A stretch of DNA of 41,822 nt from Candidatus Micrarchaeota archaeon (GTDB lineage: Archaea; Micrarchaeota; Micrarchaeia; Anstonellales; Bilamarchaeaceae). The stretch is taken from contig JAGVWJ010000006.1 of assembly GCA_018304385.1 (NCBI GenBank), positions 1-41,822 of the forward strand. Direction: 5' to 3'. The position numbers and the translations under genes were made by a program. Shown here in pieces: positions 34,736 to 41,822 of the stretch (position 1 is its first letter; each line of letters opens with the position of its first letter). The notes beneath the pieces are model-generated. The model was not told where the DNA came from and made no database searches. It saw only the letters and a list, made by a program, of their open reading frames with translations.

Positions 34736-35239
34736 TCATCCTAACCCCTTAGCCTCAAGTACGATGCGTTTGATTGCAGCTAGAAATTCCTTGGCCTGGG
34801 TTCTTGCAAAACTGGCATCAACCGAGTTTATCTCGCCAATACCATACGAGGCTTGAACTCTCCAAGTCCGTACTTTATCAAGTGTTTCTGCATATCTTTC
34901 GCTAAGCTCTTTGGCACGCTGGAGATATTCGAGATATTTGTTGTCGACCTTACCTTTCTTTGCATAAAATCTTTCAAAAGCCAGCACTGCGCATTCGTGT
35001 GATTTCGCCTCAAGACCTATAAGCCATAGTGCGGCCAATGTGGCATGATACATGGAATAATACGCTGTGACTATAGTCCAGTCAAAAAATTTGTTGCTGA
35101 ACATAAGTTCCATTGCGGCTATATTTGTGTCCGCCTTTTCAATATGTTCATCTGCTGCATCCAAATTGGGTTTTTTCTTTATCAACCTAGGTGGTGACTC
35201 TGGGGTACCTATAAAGCATCTGTCAAGTCTATCCATCAT
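34736..35239 (-). CDS. HEPN domain protein
   Basis: AYYSMYHAT, SHECAV and R-x4-Y (RVQASY) motifs; directly downstream of an MNT gene. Confidence 0.88.
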   Translation of the reverse strand: MMDRLDRCFIGTPESPPRLIKKKPNLDAADEHIEKADTNIAAMELMFSNKFFDWTIVTAYYSMYHATLAALWLIGLEAKSHECAVLAFERFYAKKGKVDNKYLEYLQRAKELSERYAETLDKVRTWRVQASYGIGEINSVDASFARTQAKEFLAAIKRIVLEAKGLG

Positions 35240-35858
35240 GTGGTTCACCCATTTTCATTATAAAATTCCAGAAATTATCTTCACCGAAGAAGACGATCCT
35301 CTCACCCCACATGTTCTTGTAGATCGTCTTTTTCTTCCACTCCTTTTCCAGTTCTTTTAGGATTATGGGATGGTAAGATATCTTCTTTCCTGTAATCATC
35401 TCATGCTTCTTCACGATCTTCTCTATGCCATCTTTAGTTTTCCCATTTTCAACAAGCACGAAAAAAAGATCTAGGTCACTGGATTCCCTCTGCTGACTGC
35501 GTGCCACGGAACCAAAAAGCAGGACGAAATAAATAGCGGTGTGGAACTCTTTAGTCGCTTCAGATACTACAGCATGAGCAATGTATCCGTAATCATTCTT
35601 TTTGATGAATTCCCTTTTCTTCTCCAATTCCGCGAAAGCCATGACCTTCTGAACGAGCTCATTGCGTTTGTTCAGATGGTAAAACACCTGATTGCCTTTC
35701 TTTTCCCTTAGCAGCATCTTCGTGCTGACTAACGATTTTAGATACACTGTGGTTCTTTCGTGGGTCGTTCCGACGATTCTCTCGATCTGACGTCCGTAAA
35801 ATTCTTTTGACGGTTCGTGCAGGAAAGCTGTCAAAAGCTTGAATTTGGGTTCTAACAT
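35229..35858 (-). CDS. wHTH-fused minimal nucleotidyltransferase (MNT antitoxin)
   Basis: N-terminal wHTH (FYGRQIERIVGTTHERTTVYLKSL) and LFGSVARSQQRESSDLDLF. TATA at about 35880-35887 supports ATG 35858. Confidence 0.9.
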   Translation of the reverse strand: MLEPKFKLLTAFLHEPSKEFYGRQIERIVGTTHERTTVYLKSLVSTKMLLREKKGNQVFYHLNKRNELVQKVMAFAELEKKREFIKKNDYGYIAHAVVSEATKEFHTAIYFVLLFGSVARSQQRESSDLDLFFVLVENGKTKDGIEKIVKKHEMITGKKISYHPIILKELEKEWKKKTIYKNMWGERIVFFGEDNFWNFIMKMGEPHDG

Positions 35859-35888
35859 GAATTCATTGTATACTGCATTATTTATAAT

Positions 35889-35924
35889 GGTTTGTAAACA
35901 AACCACGTGGTTTGAAATCAAACC
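35889..35924. promoter_or_regulatory. four-half-site operator array GGTTTG-N4-CAAACC-N4-GGTTTG-N4-CAAACC
   Basis: Exact 10-bp periodicity, including the 16-bp palindrome CAAACCACGTGGTTTG (35899-35914), directly upstream of the TATA of the MNT gene. Confidence 0.65.
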
Positions 35925-35965
35925 GTATGATTGGAGTTTCAATCATAACTATTCAACTTGATGGT

Positions 35966-35986
35966 AACCTCAGATCAGACCTGAGG
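35966..35986. repeat. 21-bp direct repeat copy 2 (AACCTCAG-ATCAGAC-CTGAGG)
   Basis: 20/21 identical to 33900-33920. Confidence 0.8.
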
Positions 35987-36062
35987 GCTGCCAAGGTGCA
36001 TTCAGGTCAATTTCAATCGGTGCTCACATCGAAGAAAAGTAGTGATTCTAAGAAAAGTGAGA

Positions 36063-36270
36063 TGCAGGGGAAGAGATTTGCTCATTGAAGCCTTTTCTTT
36101 ACAAAACAATAGAGAAAAGGCTTCAATTGAACTCTTGAACCCACTAAGGGACCGAACCCTGAATCCGGCACGTTTGGTCGGTGTCTGGAAATACCAGATG
36201 GCTTTTTCCAGGGTTTTTGCCATTAGTCGAACCTAATACAAAAAGCCTTTGACCACTTCGTTACCCCTGC
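36063..36270 (-). tRNA. tRNA-Leu(CAG) with two non-canonical introns (21/22: 36174-36248, 75 nt; 58/59: 36078-36126, 49 nt)
   Basis: Acceptor GCAGGGG/CCCCTGC with A73; anticodon arm CCGGA-TTCAGGG-TTCGG; long variable arm; BHB helices GGTC/GACC and GTTC/GAGC; spliced length 84 nt. Confidence 0.9.
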
Positions 36271-36298
36271 CTAATTTACATTATAACTAGAAATACTT

Positions 36299-36817
36299 TT
36301 ATTTCCGCTTCTTCGTACTTTTTTTCTTAACACTGCGCCTTTCTATATGTGGCAGCTTAGGTTTGTGCTCTGGCTTTAATATTTTAGCTAGCGCCTGCCC
36401 TTGTATAATCAGATGCTTCAACTTATTTTTATCCTCTAAAGTACCGAGCTTATCAACCTGCCTAAGGCGATTCGCATAATTTCTATACGCTTTCACAGCA
36501 GCTGCATACGCATCTCTAATATGCGGATCAATTATATTACTACCAATCAATCTCTTTTCATCTGCAGTCATGCTTTTGTTTGGTGTGAATACGCGCACAT
36601 TAAATCTTGCAGCTACCTTAGAAACAAAACTTGGTGCAGGAGAAACATCGCTCGCAACTAAACTAGGTATGCCTATTTTTGCTACTATTCTTACAATTGT
36701 TTCATCATTTGCTTCTTTTTCTACACCAGCAGCAACTAGCGCGCCATTTAGATCAAGTACTGCATAACCGACGTTTATACCTGCATCTATTCCGACTATT
36801 ACATACATGATTTGCAT
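36299..36817 (-). CDS. DUF460-like RNase-H-fold protein
   Basis: IVGIDAG...GYAVLDLNG, VASDVSPAP and RDAYAAA motifs. Confidence 0.8.
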   Translation of the reverse strand: MQIMYVIVGIDAGINVGYAVLDLNGALVAAGVEKEANDETIVRIVAKIGIPSLVASDVSPAPSFVSKVAARFNVRVFTPNKSMTADEKRLIGSNIIDPHIRDAYAAAVKAYRNYANRLRQVDKLGTLEDKNKLKHLIIQGQALAKILKPEHKPKLPHIERRSVKKKSTKKRK

Positions 36818-36916
36818 TCGAGAGCAAGGTTTAAATTGTTTAGCAGCACATAAATACTTATTTGTTTATTTATGGTAAAACGCGTATTTATAAATATTTC
36901 TGAATAAAATAAATTC

Positions 36917-39900
36917 ATGGCGCGAGCACTTCATTCAGGTCAACCCACGCAAATTGTTCTTAGGTCTGCTAGCTTAGTTGATAGATTGCGGATAGCAATA
37001 TCAACTGCATTAAATATTTCAAACTTTGACAAGACATTTTTACAAGCACTTGAAAAGGTAGCAAAGAGATGGGAAAAAGAGCCTGATCCATCAGCATATA
37101 TCTCAAATATCGCAAAAATATTGTTTAATGCAAAAAATTTATTTGAAGCAAGGGTTGGAAAAGGATATGAAAAACAATGGAACGAGCTGTTGGTCGTTGC
37201 AATAGAGCAATGCGGCCATGATTATGAAGTGCTGAACTATGTTTTTGATGGAATATGTTCACGTGTTACTACATCTGAAATTAATGAGCTTGTTAGAAAT
37301 GCAGCAACCGCAATTCGGCAATGTGCATTTGATAGACAGGAATTTGAGCAGTTTCTAGCAGCTAAGTTAGATCCAACTGGTTATCTTGTGTATCGTTTAA
37401 GAAAATTAAGAGAGGTTGCTGGCGTTAGCGATTCAAGAGAATCAAGAAGACTTTTTGATGCGTTAGAGGGGCCAAAGGAATCAAAGGCATTAGCAGTTCG
37501 AACCTTGCCTTCTGAAGTTAGGGCAATCCTACCAGTTCATGTGCCTGCAAGTGCAATAGTTAAATTAAGTGGAGTTGCAGACCCAATGGCAGCTGCTGTT
37601 TTATCAGGAGATCTAAAGCTAAAGGACGTACCGCCATATTTTTATCTTCAAGTTAGGGGGCAGATTGAACGTGCAGTTGTTCTATCAACCTGGAAAGAGG
37701 CATTATGTGCTAGGGTAAAGGCTGAATTTGGTCAGGAACAGAGCGAACTAATAAGAAGGGCCATAGAAGAATTTTATTATCAATTGTCAGTTGCAAAATC
37801 CCTGGTTGAAAATGAGCCAGGTATGGAAAAATGGAGGGATGTTCTTAAATATGCTGAAGATTCCGTTATCCAATCAGCTTATAATTATGTTACCAAATTA
37901 TCTTTTGCATACTCAAAAATAAGTTTAGAAAACCTTCTTGACAGAATTATTATGATGACAGAGCTATTTTCTGTCATGGAAGTCATGAATGGGTCAATTG
38001 ACATAGAAGAACTCTTGAAATTAAAAATTGATGAGAGTGGTTGCTTTGGTCTAATACAACATGCCTCATTTATCCTTCAACCAGATTCTCCTTACATTAT
38101 TGATGGTTTACAAAGATATGATATTCCAATCTTTGTATCTGTTATTGAGAATCAATGCTATGTAAGTACATTGGATGGGCGGGTATTAAGGGTAATGAGG
38201 GATCTGCCAGCTATCTGTACAATAGCAACCCCTGCAGCACTGCTCTATGCAAATAAACTTATTGGTGTTTTTAATGTTAGAACAGACCACAATGGTCATA
38301 TACATCTGCTTGATACAAAAGCAGGCGCATCAATAGAAGCCAAATTACGTGTTCCTGGCCTTCCACCAAATGCAATGCTTGTGCTTAGGGTTGCTGATGA
38401 CGAGGTTTTCATAGAGCAAGATGGAATAGGCATAAAGACAATTAGCTTGGATGAGCTTCGTAGTCCACCTATTCTTCACATGGTTGATAATGCCAGACAT
38501 ATTCCTAGAGAGGCAATAATGCGCTTGCGTGCTTCAAATGCAAATTTTTATATTGAAACATCAGTAGCAGCATGTCAGGAAGTGCCTATAGAAGAACAGG
38601 CAGCACTGCTTTCCAGATCATTTCATGTACTATGTTCAACATATAATGTGAATAATGCATCAAGTGTATTGCCTTTTACAGAAGATATATACATTGTGCC
38701 TCAGGAATTTGCCACACGTTTTATGACTACAACTGAAACAGCGCAGTATGCTGCAGCAAGAACAAAAAGCGGCGCCATACTGCTAATTGCGCGCAATACT
38801 GATCCAATAGATGTGGCGATATCGTTAGTTCATGAAGATGGGCATGGCTACGCTGAGCAGGTTTTTCCCAGGCCATTCTCCCGTTATTTTACTATTGATG
38901 CTACAAGGCAGTTACTTGGTATGCAGACTATTGCAAATGCATTTGAAGAAGAGGTTAGCGAGATTTTTGCTGAACTATGCGTATTAAGATTTGCACAAAA
39001 TGCACTGGAGAATAAAATACTTGGATATGATGAACTGGAGAGATGGATTCGCAATGCAATGCATCATATAAAAGGAGAATTAGAAGGCCTGCAAAAACAA
39101 ATTGATCGTGGCAATCTAAGCGATGAGGGTATACATCTAGTGAATGCACTATCTCAAGATTTTAGCGAACTAAAGAGATCTTTGAGCTCATTAAAAGGAA
39201 CCCTAGCATTTAACCAATCCAAAAGATTTGATAGCGTGCGCGATTGTACAGTAGAAGCAATAAAAAAAGACAGCTACGAAGGCCAGGTAATTTCCCTTGA
39301 TCGTTTATTCGATCACGAGGTTGTTGCAGCAGAAAAGGTTAGATCGCAGGATCTAGAAATGATGAGGGCAAGACAATCAGCAGCAATTGGGAGAAAGGTA
39401 TTACCTTCTCCTCATGCAGTAGGCCTCCAGCCTATTGTTGAAGAGGCAGTTGAGTTTGGCCTAAGAAAGGCTGCAGTTGAATTTGAGGCAAAGCATACAG
39501 AGGATGAAATAGTAGAACTTATGGAATCACTTCGTATGAGGAAAATAACAGACAAATCTTTAGCTGCTACTCTAAGAAAAATAAGAGAAATGCACCCTGA
39601 AAAATATCCCAAACCAAAAAAGCAGCCTGATTATTCATGGCCAGGAGGTGTGTCCCCTTTTGATCCATGGAATTCAGTACTAGTATTGGATATACTTAGT
39701 AGTGCTGAAATAAAAGGAAACAAGCTAAACCGTGGCCACGTTTTAGCAAGCATGACTGCCATGTACGAGGATAAGTTTGAGCGTGCACAGTTAGATCATC
39801 CTTTGTTTAAGGGAACCGGCAAGGAATTTTTAAGACGTTATAAACATGAACGTGATGGAACATGGACGTCTTTTAAGGCTAAGATTGGTGTTCCTAAAAC

Positions 39901-40447
39901 ACTTACTCGGTATGAGACAGAGATGATACATAAGAAGGCAGTTATATCTGAAGGACTAAGATTTCAATTGCAAACAAAAGAAGGTTGTGTCCAGCTATTG
40001 TTAAACAGAAGGACTGATAGAGGCGGAATTTCAGTACCTTATATGAATAATCCAAAAAGATATTCTCTTGTGGGTTTAACTGGTTTCTTAAATACTATAT
40101 TTACTGATATTAACGGAGAGCTTGTTAGTGGAAAAGCGGTTTTAAATGCATTTGGCGATGGAACGCTAACTAATGGTAATTACAAAGCACTATTAACATT
40201 TGCTGGATTTGAAATCGAACAATTGGTCACTACCAATAAAGATCAGATGAGAGCAATACTATCTAGTTCAGTTGTTGTAACAGAAAACGGTATTGTATCC
40301 ATTTCTGCTCCAACAGATTTTCAATCATTTAAAGATACGGTATTCTGGCATCCTGCATTTTATGGAAATGGCCTAACGTTTCTAGCAGCGTGCAATCTGC
40401 CGCTTAGCGAAGATGGATATAATAGATTAATCGAGGGTGTGAAATGA
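36917..40447 (+). CDS. large hypothetical protein with HExxH zincin-like motif
   Basis: 1176-aa open frame; SLVHEDGH at 38831-38845 with a downstream EEEVSE helix. Confidence 0.8.
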   Translation: MARALHSGQPTQIVLRSASLVDRLRIAISTALNISNFDKTFLQALEKVAKRWEKEPDPSAYISNIAKILFNAKNLFEARVGKGYEKQWNELLVVAIEQCGHDYEVLNYVFDGICSRVTTSEINELVRNAATAIRQCAFDRQEFEQFLAAKLDPTGYLVYRLRKLREVAGVSDSRESRRLFDALEGPKESKALAVRTLPSEVRAILPVHVPASAIVKLSGVADPMAAAVLSGDLKLKDVPPYFYLQVRGQIERAVVLSTWKEALCARVKAEFGQEQSELIRRAIEEFYYQLSVAKSLVENEPGMEKWRDVLKYAEDSVIQSAYNYVTKLSFAYSKISLENLLDRIIMMTELFSVMEVMNGSIDIEELLKLKIDESGCFGLIQHASFILQPDSPYIIDGLQRYDIPIFVSVIENQCYVSTLDGRVLRVMRDLPAICTIATPAALLYANKLIGVFNVRTDHNGHIHLLDTKAGASIEAKLRVPGLPPNAMLVLRVADDEVFIEQDGIGIKTISLDELRSPPILHMVDNARHIPREAIMRLRASNANFYIETSVAACQEVPIEEQAALLSRSFHVLCSTYNVNNASSVLPFTEDIYIVPQEFATRFMTTTETAQYAAARTKSGAILLIARNTDPIDVAISLVHEDGHGYAEQVFPRPFSRYFTIDATRQLLGMQTIANAFEEEVSEIFAELCVLRFAQNALENKILGYDELERWIRNAMHHIKGELEGLQKQIDRGNLSDEGIHLVNALSQDFSELKRSLSSLKGTLAFNQSKRFDSVRDCTVEAIKKDSYEGQVISLDRLFDHEVVAAEKVRSQDLEMMRARQSAAIGRKVLPSPHAVGLQPIVEEAVEFGLRKAAVEFEAKHTEDEIVELMESLRMRKITDKSLAATLRKIREMHPEKYPKPKKQPDYSWPGGVSPFDPWNSVLVLDILSSAEIKGNKLNRGHVLASMTAMYEDKFERAQLDHPLFKGTGKEFLRRYKHERDGTWTSFKAKIGVPKTLTRYETEMIHKKAVISEGLRFQLQTKEGCVQLLLNRRTDRGGISVPYMNNPKRYSLVGLTGFLNTIFTDINGELVSGKAVLNAFGDGTLTNGNYKALLTFAGFEIEQLVTTNKDQMRAILSSSVVVTENGIVSISAPTDFQSFKDTVFWHPAFYGNGLTFLAACNLPLSEDGYNRLIEGVK

Positions 40448-41607
40448 GAAGGAGATTAGGAGGGGCCCACGCTTTACGTGCAGAAGATCCATTCAGAAGA
40501 TACAAGCAAGAACCAACGCATGAAATGAGAAAGCAAGAGGTTGTAGGCAATAGGCAGGAGGCGGTAAGACGAACTAGGGAAATGCTACGAAGTATGACTG
40601 TTGAGCAGCTTTTACAAGTAGTCGAATTCGTTCCGCAGGAATTAGATTTGTTTGAAGCACTAGCCTTAGCACAAAGAGAAAATAAGCTAATAGTTCCAAA
40701 TGACATTCTTGATAGAATTATGGGGGGTATAACAGATACTGAATTGTTAAAAAAACTCTATAAAGGGCCGACATGGACAGGTACTCTAGTTATTTATGAA
40801 GCACCAGACAAAAAATTTGGAAAGCAAGTTACTTTTACATTTGAATACCAGAAGAACGTAAAATCTTCCTTTTCCTTCAAAATACCAAAACAATTCCAGG
40901 GATTAAGAAACTGTGCCTTAGCAATTGAACATCCTGATTTCGAAATAGTAGAAATTTCAAAAAAACCTAGTAAACTAGTAGAAGGAGCGAACATAACTCT
41001 AATAGAAAATTTCCCTAAGGAATCTGATAAATGGTACTCCCCCCATCAACAAACAAAAGTCCCACAAGGTGAGCCAGTAGAAGAATCAAATGAAGCGAGA
41101 AATTTCCGGCGAATAGATGGCGTTTATATTGGCCTTCTTTCTCACAGTGTTTTCATTATCTGTGGTTTTGGCGGTCTCGTAGCTATTCTCAATGAGAAGC
41201 AGTACGTTCGCGCTGACGAGATGCCATACTTTGATTGCGTGTTGACGTCTGTCAGTTTTGCTAACTTATTATTCCAAAAACTACATTTCATTTATTCTTC
41301 TTTCTTTTCCTTAGCAAAAATTAGTTCCTGTTTAATAAACACATGCGTATTTGGATCTACGTTTTGTCCAACTACTGCACCACTGCCTATCCAACAGTTC
41401 TCGCCAATAAGCTTTCCAGGCATTACACAAGAAAGCACGCCGAATTTTACATTATCTCCAATCACACAGCCTAATTTTTTTCTTCCAGAATTTACCCATC
41501 CGCGCTCTGTAAGTACATTCACATTACTTTCATCAAATCTAAAATTAGCAATCTGCGTACCCGCACCAAAATTAACATTATCACCAATCACACTATCTCC
41601 AATATAA
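40444..41607 (+). CDS. hypothetical protein with candidate DGR-type variable 3' region; last 316 nt overlap the convergent gene
   Basis: ATGA overlap with the upstream gene; run of NNY codons at 41116-41193. The true 3' end is doubtful. Confidence 0.65.
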   Translation: MRRRLGGAHALRAEDPFRRYKQEPTHEMRKQEVVGNRQEAVRRTREMLRSMTVEQLLQVVEFVPQELDLFEALALAQRENKLIVPNDILDRIMGGITDTELLKKLYKGPTWTGTLVIYEAPDKKFGKQVTFTFEYQKNVKSSFSFKIPKQFQGLRNCALAIEHPDFEIVEISKKPSKLVEGANITLIENFPKESDKWYSPHQQTKVPQGEPVEESNEARNFRRIDGVYIGLLSHSVFIICGFGGLVAILNEKQYVRADEMPYFDCVLTSVSFANLLFQKLHFIYSSFFSLAKISSCLINTCVFGSTFCPTTAPLPIQQFSPISFPGITQESTPNFTLSPITQPNFFLPEFTHPRSVSTFTLLSSNLKLAICVPAPKLTLSPITLSPI

Positions 41608-41822
41608 ATAAGGTGCTTTGCCTTAACATTATCAAACAAAATACTATTCTTTATTGTAGTGGAATCCCCTATCTCACAATGCTTTCCAATACTATTAAAT
41701 CCACGCAAGCAGGCATTTGGTCCAATCTCGCTTCCCTCGCTTATATAGCTAGTTCCTTCTATAAAACTGTCAAATATTTTCGCTCCTTTTTCCATTATTA
41801 CTTTTCCATTTATTGTGCAATT
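41292..41822 (-). CDS. GlmU-like sugar-phosphate nucleotidyltransferase/acetyltransferase, 3' part (left-handed beta helix); start lies beyond the window
   Basis: Hexapeptide repeats, IGPNACLR, KHLIYIGDSVIGDNVNFGAGT and KLGCVIGD; the frame is open to the window edge. Confidence 0.9.
   Translation of the reverse strand, partial: NCTINGKVIMEKGAKIFDSFIEGTSYISEGSEIGPNACLRGFNSIGKHCEIGDSTTIKNSILFDNVKAKHLIYIGDSVIGDNVNFGAGTQIANFRFDESNVNVLTERGWVNSGRKKLGCVIGDNVKFGVLSCVMPGKLIGENCWIGSGAVVGQNVDPNTHVFIKQELIFAKEKKEE

Larger units (their letters stand above)
33887..36076. mobile_element. putative integrated islet at the 3' end of tRNA-Leu
   Basis: 13/15 direct repeat of the tRNA-Leu 3' end at 33887-33901; 21-bp palindromic direct repeats at 33900-33920 and 35966-35986; TA cargo; no integrase. 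Confidence 0.55.

Noticed and set aside
36002-36236. Track ORFs 36002-36223 (-) and 36042-36236 (+)
   Set aside because: They overlap the intron-containing tRNA-Leu gene.
40444-41822. Complete DGR cassette in this window
   Set aside because: No reverse transcriptase, Avd or AAY-rich template repeat was found; only the target-like signature is reported.

Overview
AT-rich archaeal chromosome segment, most consistent with a DPANN lineage and probably Micrarchaeota-like. This is inferred from the archaeal-type ThrRS and GlyRS, RpoE/Spt4, HMG-CoA synthase, class III signal-peptide pilins, TATA-type promoters and bulge-helix-bulge (BHB) tRNA introns. Housekeeping genes (purM, thrS, glyS, rpoE1, spt4, secD/secF, HMG-CoA synthase, aminotransferase, partial GlmU-like gene) alternate with lineage-specific hypothetical and lipobox proteins. 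Main observations: (1) ThrRS carries a whole AlaX-S-like editing domain inserted behind its normal archaeal editing domain. (2) The three tRNA genes found (Lys-CTT, Ala-CGC, Leu-CAG) each have two non-canonical BHB introns, with sequence shared between introns. (3) A 2.2-kb integrase-less islet (HEPN-MNT plus methyltransferase) sits at the 3' end of tRNA-Leu, bounded by an att-like duplication and two 21-bp palindromic direct repeats. (4) A gene near the right end has a 3' segment with a DGR variable-region-like codon signature. (5) Two free-standing LAGLIDADG-like genes flank thrS, each next to a highly structured non-coding segment. (6) A sigma-70 region-4-like HTH protein shares a short N-terminal module with its neighbour. 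All assignments come from reading motifs by eye; no database search or folding program was run.
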